Below are positions 19,941-29,814 of a stretch of 62,906 nt of DNA, piece by piece. The DNA comes from Desulfobulbaceae bacterium UBA5121 (lineage in GTDB: Bacteria > Desulfobacterota > Desulfobulbia > Desulfobulbales > UBA5123). Location of the stretch: positions 634 through 63,539 of the forward strand of contig DHYV01000048.1 in assembly GCA_002414225.1 (NCBI GenBank), read 5' to 3'. A model generated the notes under the pieces. That model was given only the letters and a program-made list of their open reading frames with translations. It was not told the origin of the DNA and searched no databases. The translations under genes were made by a program, and so were the position numbers. Each line of letters opens with the position of its first letter. Position 1 is the first letter of the stretch.

Positions 19941-22900
19941 ATGCCAATGACAAAGGTAAAAAAGGAAAAGGGCCTTCTCCGCCCCCCCAGGCCGCCGCGG
20001 CTGGTGGCCTACCTGCTCCTCTTCTCCCTGGGCTGGACAGCGGTGATCGGCCTTTCCCTCCGCTGGAATTTTATCCAGCAGGAGGACGTCATTCTCCAGA
20101 TCACCCGGAACATCGCCCGCACCCATATCCTCAAGGATCTCCTCTTCCGTCAGTGGAACTCCATGCATGGCGGCGTCTATGTGCCCCGTACCCAGGAGAC
20201 CCCCGTCAACCCCTACCTCGATCCAACCATCGTGCCGGAACGGGACATCGTCACCCCCTCTGGCCGTCGTCTCACCCTGATGAATCCGGCCTATATCATG
20301 CGTCAGGTATACGAACTGGCCGAGCGAAAGGGCCAAATCGCCACCCGCCTCACCAGCCTCACCCCCATACGTCGCGAAAACGCCGCCGACCCCTGGGAAA
20401 CCGAAGCGCTCCATGCCTTTGAAAAGGGCGCCAAGGAGGTCGACGCCGTGGTCACCCACCCTGACGGCAAGCAGTACCTGCGGCTGATGCAGCCCCTCAC
20501 CGTGCAGAAGTCCTGCCTGCGCTGTCACGTCGACGAAGGCTATCAACTGGGGGGACTCCAGGGCGGCTTGAGCATCACCGTGCCGCTCGCCCCCTTCACC
20601 TCGGTGGCAGAAGGCCAGCAGCGGCTGCTGCTCATCACCCACCTCTTCTTCTGGCTGGTGGGCCTGCTCACCATCGGCTTCAGCTTCCGCAACCTCCACC
20701 ACCGCATCTCGGAACGCAAGCTGCTGGCCGATGAACTCGAGCATCAGAAAGAACACTTCCGCATCTTCTACGAACGGGCTCCGATCAGCTATCAGGTCTT
20801 GGACAACGACGGCAACCTTATCGACGTCAACAACGCCTGGCTCGCCATGCTCGGCTACCAGCGCGACGAGGTTCTGGGCCGCCCCTTCGCCGACTTTCTC
20901 GCCGCTGACCAGGAAGAGACCTACAACCGCCACTACCTCGGCCTCAAGGCCGGCGGCAAGGGATGCGACCTCGAACTCCGACTCTACAGCAAGGACGGCG
21001 ACGAACGGATCGTCCTGGTCACCGGCACCATCATTCGCGACGAGGCGGGCCACTTCAAACACACCCAGTGCACCCTCCAGGACGTCACCGAACGGACCCG
21101 GGCCGAGCACGCCCTTGAGAAGTTACGCCATCAGCAGGAGCAGATCCTCAACTCGGCCGGCGAGGGCATCTACGGTGTGGACCGGCAGGGCGTCACCTCC
21201 TTTGTCAACCCGGCGGCATGCCGCATTCTCGGCTGGCCCCAGGAGCAACTCATCGGACGCAACCATCATCAGCTGGTCCACCACTCACGCCCCGACTCCT
21301 CCCCCTACCCCGTCGAGCAGTGCCCCATCTACGCCGCCATCGAGGACGGCCAGCTCCACCACGGCACCGACGAGATCTTCTGGCGTCGCGACGGCTCATC
21401 ATTCCCGGTGGAGTACACCAGCACCCCCATCGTCGAGGACGGCACCATCAAGGGCGCGGTGGTGGTCTTCAACGACATCTCGTCGCGGCAGCAGGCCGAA
21501 CAGGCATTACGGGAGCAGCAAAACCTCTTTGAAACCATTCTCGCCTCCACCAACGATCTCATCGCCCTCAAGGACCGCAAGTCGGTCTACCTGGCCGTCA
21601 ACCCCGCCTTCTGCAACCACGTGGGGAAAAAGGCTCAAGAGGTGATCGGCAAAACCGACTTCGATCTCTTCCCGCCCGATGCCGCGGCCCAGTACCAGCA
21701 GGAGGACGCCGAGGTGCTCGACTCCGGCGACATCCGGACCCGTGACATCGAAGTGCAGACCGGCCGGGGCCGCCAGTGGCTGCACGTCACCAAGGTGCCG
21801 GTGATCGGCGACGGCCACCACGGCATCGGCATCCTCTGTTCCATCCACGACATCACCGACCGCAAACGGGCCGAAGAAATCCTTGAAAACAGCGAGGCAC
21901 GGTTCCGGGGCCTCTTCGACAACATGAACAGCGGCGCGGCGGTCTTCAAGGTCGAGGGCGACGGCGACAATTTTGTCTTCGTCGACTTCAACCAGGCCGC
22001 CGAACGGATCGAAAAACTGAACCGCGACGAGGTGATCGGCAAAAACCTGATGGAGGTTTTCCCGACCATCAGAGAGTTCGGCCTGGAGACAATCCTGCGG
22101 CAGGTCTGGCACACCGGCCGCTCCCAACAGCTCGCCCCGTCCTTTTACCGCGACCACCGGCTGAGCGGCTGGCGGGAGCACCACATCTACAAGCTGCCCT
22201 CCGGAGAACTGGTGAGCCTCTTTGACGACGTCACCCAGCGCAAACGGGTGGAAGACGAGCTGCGCCAGGCCCAGAAGATGGAGGCCATCGGCACCCTGGC
22301 CGGCGGTATCGCCCACGATTTCAACAACATTCTTACCGCGATCATCGGCTACACCCAGTTGCTGATGTACGATGCCCCGGAAGAGGGCAAGAGCCGCTCC
22401 CTGCTCAAGGAGGTTCTCCATGCCTCGAAGCGCGCTACCAATCTGGTCAACCAGATCCTCACCTTCAGCCGCCAGACCGAAAAGGAGCGCAAGCCCATCG
22501 AACTGCAGCCGGTGATCAAAGAGGCATTGAAGCTCTTGCGCGGCACCCTGCCCACCACCATCAAGATCAGCCAGGAGATCGACCCCTCCTGCCGGCCCAT
22601 CCTCGCTGACCCGGTGCAGATCCACCAGATCCTGATGAACCTCTGCACCAACGCCTACCACGCCATGCGCGACCGTGGCGGCACCCTTGAGGTAACGCTC
22701 AAGGAAACCGAGATAGGCAGCGGCTTCGCCGCCCTTCGCCAGGAACTCTTCCCCGGGCCCTATCTCCGCCTCTCGGTCAAGGACACCGGCACCGGCATGG
22801 ACGAACAGACCCTGGCCCACATCTTCGACCCCTATTTCACCACCAAGGAACCGGGCGAGGGAACCGGACTCGGGCTGCCCACCGTGCTCGGCCTGGTGAA

Positions 22901-23426
22901 GAGCTACAACGGCGGCATCACCGCCGAGAGCGCTCCGGGCCGTGGCAGCACCTTTTCCATCTATCTGCCCATCATCATCATCGAAGAGGCAGTGGCCACG
23001 GTGAACCTGGATGAAGAGGCCGCTTTGCCACGCCTTTCGGCCCGGATCCTGTTCATCGACGACGAGGAAACCATTGTCCGGCTGGGCAAGATGACCCTGG
23101 AGCGGCTCGGCTGCGAGGTGACCGCCTTCAGCAGCGGCCTCGATGCCCTGAGCCTTTTCCGCCAAGACCCGCAGCGGTTCGATCTGGTGATCACCGACCA
23201 GACCATGCCGGGCCTCACCGGTTCGGCGCTGGCCCGCCAGATGCTCGCCACGCGTCCGGACATCCCCATCATCCTCGCCACCGGCTACAGTGAAACCATC
23301 AACGAGGAACAGGCCAAAGAAATCGGCATCCGGCAGTTCCTGATGAAGCCGGTGGGCATCCATGATCTGGAACAGGCCATCATCCGGAACCTGCCCCGGA
23401 ATCTGGTCCGCAAACAGGAGGGGTAG
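19941..23426 (+). CDS. Hybrid sensor kinase: DUF3365/Tll0287-like c-heme domain, 4 PAS, HisKA, HATPase, REC
   Basis: [22 protein letters not shown] periplasmic domain; repeated PAS-PAC; GIAHDFNN; GTGLGL; DQTMP. Confidence 0.92.
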   Translation: MPMTKVKKEKGLLRPPRPPRLVAYLLLFSLGWTAVIGLSLRWNFIQQEDVILQITRNIARTHILKDLLFRQWNSMHGGVYVPRTQETPVNPYLDPTIVPERDIVTPSGRRLTLMNPAYIMRQVYELAERKGQIATRLTSLTPIRRENAADPWETEALHAFEKGAKEVDAVVTHPDGKQYLRLMQPLTVQKSCLRCHVDEGYQLGGLQGGLSITVPLAPFTSVAEGQQRLLLITHLFFWLVGLLTIGFSFRNLHHRISERKLLADELEHQKEHFRIFYERAPISYQVLDNDGNLIDVNNAWLAMLGYQRDEVLGRPFADFLAADQEETYNRHYLGLKAGGKGCDLELRLYSKDGDERIVLVTGTIIRDEAGHFKHTQCTLQDVTERTRAEHALEKLRHQQEQILNSAGEGIYGVDRQGVTSFVNPAACRILGWPQEQLIGRNHHQLVHHSRPDSSPYPVEQCPIYAAIEDGQLHHGTDEIFWRRDGSSFPVEYTSTPIVEDGTIKGAVVVFNDISSRQQAEQALREQQNLFETILASTNDLIALKDRKSVYLAVNPAFCNHVGKKAQEVIGKTDFDLFPPDAAAQYQQEDAEVLDSGDIRTRDIEVQTGRGRQWLHVTKVPVIGDGHHGIGILCSIHDITDRKRAEEILENSEARFRGLFDNMNSGAAVFKVEGDGDNFVFVDFNQAAERIEKLNRDEVIGKNLMEVFPTIREFGLETILRQVWHTGRSQQLAPSFYRDHRLSGWREHHIYKLPSGELVSLFDDVTQRKRVEDELRQAQKMEAIGTLAGGIAHDFNNILTAIIGYTQLLMYDAPEEGKSRSLLKEVLHASKRATNLVNQILTFSRQTEKERKPIELQPVIKEALKLLRGTLPTTIKISQEIDPSCRPILADPVQIHQILMNLCTNAYHAMRDRGGTLEVTLKETEIGSGFAALRQELFPGPYLRLSVKDTGTGMDEQTLAHIFDPYFTTKEPGEGTGLGLPTVLGLVKSYNGGITAESAPGRGSTFSIYLPIIIIEEAVATVNLDEEAALPRLSARILFIDDEETIVRLGKMTLERLGCEVTAFSSGLDALSLFRQDPQRFDLVITDQTMPGLTGSALARQMLATRPDIPIILATGYSETINEEQAKEIGIRQFLMKPVGIHDLEQAIIRNLPRNLVRKQEG

Positions 23427-23427
23427 G

Positions 23428-24759
23428 ATGGCCGCCCAACGTCGCCTCAGCCGCCGGAAATTCCTTCAGCTGGGAGCCCTTGCCATGACGGGTCTGGCGG
23501 CCGGTTGCGCCGTTAATCCGGTCACCGGCCGCCAGCAGTTGATGCTCGTTTCCGAAGACGAGGAGATCCGTATCGACCGACAGAACTCGCCGCACCAGTT
23601 CTCCGCCGACTACGGCGCCCTCCAGGACACCCGGCTGAACGCCTATATCAGCCGGGTTGGCGCGAGCCTTGCCGCCCATTCGCACCGGCCGCAGATGCCT
23701 TATTCGTTTCGAGGGGTGAACGCGGTTTCGGTCAACGCTTACGCCTTTCCAGGCGGCAGCATCGCCGCCACCCGCGGCATCCTCGTCGCCATGGACAACG
23801 AGGCGCAGCTCGCCGCCCTCCTGGGCCACGAAATAGGCCATGTCAACGCCCGCCACACCGCCTCCCAGATGAGCGCCAACATGCTCGGCAATGCCTTCCT
23901 TGCCGGCGCCGTTGCCTACCTCGGTCAAAAAAAACCGCAGTACCGCGATTTCAGCGAACAGCTCGGCATGCTGGGCGAAGGACTCCTGCTCGCCTCGTAC
24001 AGCCGCGACAACGAACGGGAGGCCGACGCCCTGGGAATGGAGTACATGGTGAGGGCAGGCTACAGCCCCCAGGGGATGATCGGTCTGATGGCTATCCTCC
24101 AGGGACTCTCCAGCCACCAGCCCGACGCCGTCGAGCTGATGTTCGCCACCCACCCGATGAGCGACGAGCGCTACCGCACCGCCGTGGAGCGAGCCAGGAG
24201 CAGCTATGCCGGCGCGGACCGTCTTCCCCTGTACAAAGAAAGGTACTTGGACGAAACCGCCCGTCTGCGGGCCCGCAAGGAAGCCATCAAAGCGCTGCAG
24301 GACGGCGAGGCGGCCATGGCCGGCAAGAAGTATGAAACCGCCCGCGCCCTCTACCGGAAGGCCCTCACCCTGGCGCCCGACGATTACGCCGGCCTGGTGA
24401 TGATGGCCAAGTGCCAGCTTGCCATGGACAACGCCGCCGAGGCGGCCCGCTACACCGCCTTGGCCCGCCAGGCTTACCCCCAGGAAGCACAGTCCTACCA
24501 CCTGGAGGGGATCGCCGCCCTGCGGCTGAAGCGCTACGACGCGGCTTACAACGCCTTTACCACTTCGGAACGGCTGCTGCCCGGCAACCCCTACTCCGCC
24601 TTCTTCGAGGGGTTCTCGCTGGAGGGCATGCAGCAGCGCACGGCCGCGGCAAAGGAGTATCTCCGCTACCTGCAGAGTATCCGCCAGGGCGAACTGGCCC
24701 AGCATGCCTACCAGCGGCTCTCCGCCTGGGGTTACCTGCGGCCGACGCCGCAGAGGTAA
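23428..24759 (+). CDS. M48 metalloprotease with TPR repeats (BepA/YfgC-like lipoprotein)
   Basis: SRRKFL + LAAGC; NAYAFPGG, HEIGH, YSRDNEREAD, ATHP; TPR-like C-terminus. Confidence 0.92.
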   Translation: MAAQRRLSRRKFLQLGALAMTGLAAGCAVNPVTGRQQLMLVSEDEEIRIDRQNSPHQFSADYGALQDTRLNAYISRVGASLAAHSHRPQMPYSFRGVNAVSVNAYAFPGGSIAATRGILVAMDNEAQLAALLGHEIGHVNARHTASQMSANMLGNAFLAGAVAYLGQKKPQYRDFSEQLGMLGEGLLLASYSRDNEREADALGMEYMVRAGYSPQGMIGLMAILQGLSSHQPDAVELMFATHPMSDERYRTAVERARSSYAGADRLPLYKERYLDETARLRARKEAIKALQDGEAAMAGKKYETARALYRKALTLAPDDYAGLVMMAKCQLAMDNAAEAARYTALARQAYPQEAQSYHLEGIAALRLKRYDAAYNAFTTSERLLPGNPYSAFFEGFSLEGMQQRTAAAKEYLRYLQSIRQGELAQHAYQRLSAWGYLRPTPQR

Positions 24760-24939
24760 GAAAGCTGACCGCCCGTCGGGGCCGGCAAGAAAGGCCGCGT
24801 GTCATTAAAAAAACGTTCACCTTTGCGGCAATTCGCGGTAAAAGATATATGATTTTGCCTGATTACGCTGTTGGCGTGCAGGTGGCGCCGTAACTGTCAC
24901 CCCCTGACCGTTCCCATTCGCGCAACGAGGATACGCTAC

Positions 24940-25398
24940 GTGTCTCTGTACGAAATGATCAGCGGCCTGGGCCTTTTTGCCGAGTTCACCGACCAGGAGA
25001 AGAGGGAGTTTGCCGGCTTTGCCCAGGCAGAACTCCACTTCAACGACGGCGACATCCTCATCGAAGAGGGCGACAGCCACACTTCGCTCTACCTGCTGGT
25101 CAAGGGAACCCTGCTGGTTACCAAGGAGGGCTACGGGCCGGCACTCACCGAACTCAAACCCGGCGCCGTTTTCGGCGAGATGTCCTTCTTCACCAAGAAA
25201 CCCCGACACTCCAACGTCATTGCCTGCGGCAAGGTTACCGTGGTCCAGATGGACGACTCCTTTTTCGAGGCGGTTTCAGCCGGGGTGCGGGACAAGATCA
25301 AGAACTACCTCATCGAACTGCTCATCAGCCGGCTCGACCAGATGAACGAGTCCCTGATCAAGATCTCCCGCTACGCCCGTGGCAGCGCCATCAACTGA
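24940..25398 (+). CDS. Stand-alone cyclic nucleotide-binding domain protein
   Basis: LIEEGD..LYLLVKG..PGAVFGEMSFF..PRHSNV; GTG start after GAGG; no HTH. Confidence 0.85.
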   Translation: MSLYEMISGLGLFAEFTDQEKREFAGFAQAELHFNDGDILIEEGDSHTSLYLLVKGTLLVTKEGYGPALTELKPGAVFGEMSFFTKKPRHSNVIACGKVTVVQMDDSFFEAVSAGVRDKIKNYLIELLISRLDQMNESLIKISRYARGSAIN

Positions 25399-25420
25399 CC
25401 GCAAGGACCCGGATCTCCCC

Positions 25421-26254
25421 ATGGAAGAGCATGAATACCGGCTCAAGCCTCACATCCCGCCCCACGGCGCGCCGCCCAGGCTTCTCGACAAGCTCCAGAT
25501 CGCCAAGAACTGGCTGCCCCGCTACACCGGCATGCCGCTTGACAGGTTCGGCGATTACATCCTCCTCACCAACTTCCAGCACTACATCAATCGGTTCGCC
25601 GAGATGTTCGGCTGTGACATCTACGGCGAAGACCGGGCCATGCAGGCGGCTACCAACAACTACGGCCTGACCATCATCAACTTCGGCATGGGCTCGCCCA
25701 ACGCCGCCACCATCATGGACCTGTTGAGCGCCCGTCAGCCAGGCGGGGTACTCTTTCTCGGCAAATGCGGCGGGTTAAAGACCTCCACTGAAATCGGTCA
25801 TCTCATCCTGCCCATTGCCGCCATCCGCGGCGAGGGTACCAGCGACGACTACTTCCCGCCGGCGGTACCGGCCCTGCCCTCATTCAAACTCCACAAGTAT
25901 GTCTCGGAAAAGATCATCGCCCACGGCTGCGACTACCGTACCGGCGTGGTCTACACCACCAACCGCCGGGTGTGGGAGCATGACGCCCGTTTCCACGAAC
26001 GGCTGAGGATGATGACCTGTATCGCCATTGATATGGAAACCGCCACCCTCTTCGTGGTGGGCCACTACAACCAAATCCCCCGCGGCGCCCTGCTGCTGAT
26101 TTCCGACGTCCCCCTGACCCCGGAGGGGGTCAAGACCGAAGAATCCGACGAATTGGTCACCCAGCAGTGGGCGGAAACCCATCTGCAAATCGGCATCGAC
26201 GCCATGAGCGGCATGGACGAAGGGTGTGAACTGATCCGCCACTTCCGCTACTGA
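25421..26254 (+). CDS. amn: AMP nucleosidase, short (AMN-like) form
   Basis: NWLPRYTG, ILLTNF, INFGMGSPNAATIMDLL, FLGKCGGL, IDMETAT. Confidence 0.92.
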   Translation: MEEHEYRLKPHIPPHGAPPRLLDKLQIAKNWLPRYTGMPLDRFGDYILLTNFQHYINRFAEMFGCDIYGEDRAMQAATNNYGLTIINFGMGSPNAATIMDLLSARQPGGVLFLGKCGGLKTSTEIGHLILPIAAIRGEGTSDDYFPPAVPALPSFKLHKYVSEKIIAHGCDYRTGVVYTTNRRVWEHDARFHERLRMMTCIAIDMETATLFVVGHYNQIPRGALLLISDVPLTPEGVKTEESDELVTQQWAETHLQIGIDAMSGMDEGCELIRHFRY

Positions 26255-26488
26255 ACGCCACATTCCCGCCTCCCTCCGGCCGCTGCCTGCCAACAAATAT
26301 CCCCTTGCAAACCCCAGGCCGAATCTGTCTATAATTTTTCTAAATCCTTGACTCCGGCAGGAATTGCGCCGCCCCGGCGCGCGGGCCAACGCTCTCGGAT
26401 TCGGGATTTTTGAACAGGGCGCGGCGTCTGGTGCCATGCCGCTTCCGGCCGCGGCGCCAGGCGAATCTCGACACAGGGGGCGAATGCC

Positions 26489-26974
26489 ATGGACAAGGGA
26501 AGCTTTGGCAGGAAGGACCGGCTGCTCAAGGAAGAACGTCACGACACCTATCAACCGCGGGAGAAACTCCCCGAGCCATCGCGGTGCGACAGCTGCGGCG
26601 CCCTCTTTGTCAACGGCCGCTGGACCTGGAACGACCCACCGGAGCATGCCCGGTCTGTCACCTGTTCAGCCTGTCGCCGCATGGCCGATCACTACCCAGC
26701 AGGCACCATTGAACTGCTGGGCACCTTCCTCATCGACCATCACGACGAGATCCGCAACCTCATCCTCAACACCGAAAAGCAGGAAAAACAGGAACGCCCC
26801 ATGGAGAGGATAATGAACATCGTCGAGGAACAGGGCCAGACAGTGGTTACCACCACCGGCGTCCATCTGGCCCGCCGGATCGGCGATGCCCTGGCTCGCT
26901 CCTATCAGGGCGACCTTTCCGTTCACTACGGTGAAGCCGAGAAGAGCGTCCGGGTCCGCTGGCAACGCCAGTGA
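26489..26974 (+). CDS. BCAM0308-family protein (two CxxC motifs)
   Basis: HDTY..CDSCGA..GRWTW..CSACRR..PMERI..TTTGVHLARRIG. Confidence 0.8.
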   Translation: MDKGSFGRKDRLLKEERHDTYQPREKLPEPSRCDSCGALFVNGRWTWNDPPEHARSVTCSACRRMADHYPAGTIELLGTFLIDHHDEIRNLILNTEKQEKQERPMERIMNIVEEQGQTVVTTTGVHLARRIGDALARSYQGDLSVHYGEAEKSVRVRWQRQ

Positions 26975-26976
26975 AC

Positions 26977-27012
26977 CGGGGATACCGGCCGCCGCGCCGG
27001 CCGGTATCCCCG
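26977..27012. repeat. Perfect 14-bp inverted repeat after the stop codon
   Basis: CGGGGATACCGGCC-N8-GGCCGGTATCCCCG. Confidence 0.8.
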
Positions 27013-27266
27013 CGCCCCTTGTTCACCCCGTCACCCGCATTTTTCTTTTTTTCTGACCCGTTTTCCCTTTTTCCACCCTTCCGGGCCAGCGCGGCACGGC
27101 AATTCATGCCTGTTATGCCGCGCCAACCATCTTCCCTGCTTATCCAGGCTTGCCAGTTGGACGCCGTCAGGGTATGATCCCTTTTTTTTGTTGGGTTAAC
27201 CTCTTTGCCGACAGGGACGGCCCGCGTCCCCTTCCCCCTTCAACACACAACCAGAACGGGACACAC

Positions 27267-27551
27267 ATGGCTGAAAACATTGATGATATTTCAATAAACT
27301 ACCAAGATGAGGATGGCACCCAGCTGGTGAAGGAAATCGACAAGGTCATCCTGAGCCGCGGCAGCTGGTGTACCATTATCTTTCTCTACCAGGAATTTGA
27401 CCGCAAGAGCGGTGAGTTCGGACCGGAGAAGGCCAGCATTCGCCGTTACAAGAAAACCGGTGGGGTCTACCGGCAGCAGAGCAAGTTCAATATTTCAGGG
27501 GCGAAACAGGGGGGGCAGATCAGCGAAGCCCTCAGCAAGTGGTTTTCCTAA
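27267..27551 (+). CDS. Small hypothetical protein (94 aa)
   Basis: Protein-like ORF MAENIDDISINYQ..KWFS, 30 nt upstream of metF. Confidence 0.8.
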   Translation: MAENIDDISINYQDEDGTQLVKEIDKVILSRGSWCTIIFLYQEFDRKSGEFGPEKASIRRYKKTGGVYRQQSKFNISGAKQGGQISEALSKWFS

Positions 27552-27581
27552 ATCCATCTGGAGCGAAGAGATTCCGTTGCC

Positions 27582-28469
27582 ATGCGCGTAAAAGACATTC
27601 TTGCCACCGCCCATCCCACCTGTAGTCTTGAATTTTTCCCCCCGAAGACCGAATCGCTCGGCGTCGAACTGGACAGCGCCCTCCAGGAACTCCTCCCCCT
27701 GAAGCCTGCCTACGTCAGTGTCACCTATGGCGCCGGCGGCTCGACCCAGGATCGCACCTACGATCTGGTGGTGCGGATCCGGCGGGAAACCGGCCTGCCG
27801 GTCATCTCCCATCTGACCTGTGTCGGCTCCCGGCGCGACCAGATCCGTGCCCTGTTGGAACGCTATGCGGCCAACGATGTCAACGACATCCTCGCCCTGC
27901 GCGGCGATCCGCCCCGGGGGCAGGCCGGCGACACGCCTCCGGCGGGCGACTTCAACCGTGCAAGCGATCTGGTTGCCTTTATCAGAAAAGAGTTTCCGGG
28001 GATGGGGATCGGCGTGGCCGGTTTTCCCGAAGGCCATCCGGAAACTCCCAACCGGCTCAAGGAAATCGACTACCTCAAGGAGAAGGTTGACGCCGGCGCC
28101 GACTACATCGTCACCCAGCTCTTCTTCGACAACCGCGACTTCTACGACTTCTGCGATCGGTGCCACCTGGCCGGCATCCGGGTCCCCATTGTCGCCGGCA
28201 TCCTGCCCATCACCAACCGGGCCGGCATGGTGCGGATGGCGGAGCTTGCCGCCGGCTCCCGCATCCCCGCCGCCCTGCTTCGCTCGGTGGACCGCTGTGT
28301 CGACGATACGGCCGTGGAACGGGTGGGCATCCACTGGGCCGCGGAACAGATGCGGGATCTGCTCCACCACCGCGTCGCCGGCATCCACCTCTATACCCTG
28401 AACAGTGCCCGGGGGGTCAAACGGATATTCGCTTCGCTGGGGATCACCGACGCCAGTCAGCTGCGGTAA
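27582..28469 (+). CDS. metF: 5,10-methylenetetrahydrofolate reductase
   Basis: SLEFFPPK, SVTYGAGGS, HLTC, LALRGD, PEGHP, TQLFFDN, HLYTLN. Confidence 0.97.
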   Translation: MRVKDILATAHPTCSLEFFPPKTESLGVELDSALQELLPLKPAYVSVTYGAGGSTQDRTYDLVVRIRRETGLPVISHLTCVGSRRDQIRALLERYAANDVNDILALRGDPPRGQAGDTPPAGDFNRASDLVAFIRKEFPGMGIGVAGFPEGHPETPNRLKEIDYLKEKVDAGADYIVTQLFFDNRDFYDFCDRCHLAGIRVPIVAGILPITNRAGMVRMAELAAGSRIPAALLRSVDRCVDDTAVERVGIHWAAEQMRDLLHHRVAGIHLYTLNSARGVKRIFASLGITDASQLR

Positions 28470-28503
28470 GGCGCTGCAGTCGACAAAGGGGGGGAGGGCG
28501 CTT

Positions 28504-28974
28504 TCAGGCAGGGAGGAAGAGTTCGACGAGCTTCCGCCACCAACCCTTGCCGCCGGCCTGCTCGGCCACCTGACTGAAGAGGAGGCGGACCGCCTTCTCG
28601 GTGGGTTTGAGAAGAAACTCCACGCCCAGGTGGAAAGGCTTGGCAGAGGCGTCCTCTTCCAGGACGCGATCGAAACGGACAGGACGGACCGGCAGGGAGA
28701 GCGTCTCGCCATTGGGGGCCGCCACAAACTCCACGTGCAGCACGCAGCTGGGGTTGTCCTGGGGCGAGTAGAAGAGATGGCAGTTCTCGACCCGGATCTG
28801 TTCCAACAGCAGACCGGCGCCATAGAGGGAGACGTCGAGCACCTCGCCAGCCGCAGGGCCGGCGATCACGTGACCCAGGCGGCCGTGCCGCAACACCAGG
28901 GTCACCGGCAGACGTCCTTCGATTCTGGTAGAACGCCGACGCTCCTTCAGCAGAAACTTCTTCGTCGTTGCCAC
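28504..28974 (-). CDS. PilZ-domain protein (c-di-GMP receptor candidate)
   Basis: ERRRSTR (RxxxR) and DVSLYG (DxSxxG); GTG start after a G-rich SD (alternative ATG 28998). Confidence 0.85.
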   Translation of the reverse strand: MATTKKFLLKERRRSTRIEGRLPVTLVLRHGRLGHVIAGPAAGEVLDVSLYGAGLLLEQIRVENCHLFYSPQDNPSCVLHVEFVAAPNGETLSLPVRPVRFDRVLEEDASAKPFHLGVEFLLKPTEKAVRLLFSQVAEQAGGKGWWRKLVELFLPA

Positions 28975-29602
28975 CTTCCCTCCCCTCACCCACGGCATTG
29001 AAGTGTTGGCGCGCCGCGAAAGAAGCGGCCATCATCTCAGGAAAAGATGACACCAACATTTGTTATGTTACTATCGTAACGACTTGATGTCAAAAAAAGA
29101 ACAAAAGTAGCTGACAAGCAGCACCGCATCTGCGTTGGAATCGGCCTTCCAGTGCCTGATGGATTAGGTATCGGATCGTGTCGCGCGTCTGCACATGGTT
29201 GAAGTGGTACCGCGCCAAAGCCATTGACAAGCTCCCCGTCCCGACCCGAATGTTACGGACAAAATCACCTGGCCGGGACGTGGACCGAGAAGAAATCGTT
29301 TCGGTCATTGCCGGCTGATCTTTTGGCTTCAGGAACGGGACGACCCATGTTTCCTCCTGCTTCGACCTTTCCTGCCTACGGCACCACGAGCGACGCGTTG
29401 GGGCGATGGGAATATGCCAATCCTGTCGCTGCCATGGTTCACAACGAAAGGGACCAAAAGCTCAAGGGACGAAAGGCGATTCTCCAGGAAACCGCAATCG
29501 CACAGAACTGCTCTGTTCAGGAGTAAGGGCGGCTTGAAAATCTGGCCGCCCCCCTTTTCGCCCAAGAGGATTCCACCGCCAGCTGCCGCTGCCAACTATG
29601 GT

Positions 29603-29631
29603 TTGACAAAGAATAGTGTTTCCTTTAAAAA
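29603..29631 (+). promoter_or_regulatory. sigma70-type promoter candidate for msbA
   Basis: TTGACA-N17-TAAAAA. Confidence 0.5.
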
Positions 29632-29814
29632 GTCCAACATCGGCTTATCTGCAAAACGTGTTGTGCAATACATTAACTCCTCTTCTTCCTTCCGCCAGGC
29701 CACCTTTACGCAACCCCTTGCCAGAGGGTAGAATCACTCCTGAGCCGTCAACCGTGCGGCGACCTCGCACCTGAAACCAACCCGGCTTGCCGGCCATCCC
29801 AAGAACCGAGTTCT

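Noticed and set aside
24940-26254. cNMP + nucleosidase pair as an anti-phage (CBASS/Pycsar-like) system
   Set aside because: No nucleotide cyclase or effector domain adjacent; codon usage and context look housekeeping
29392-29403. GACGCGTTGGGG shared with the reverse complement of 43873-43884
   Set aside because: Only 12 nt with no flanking similarity; compatible with chance
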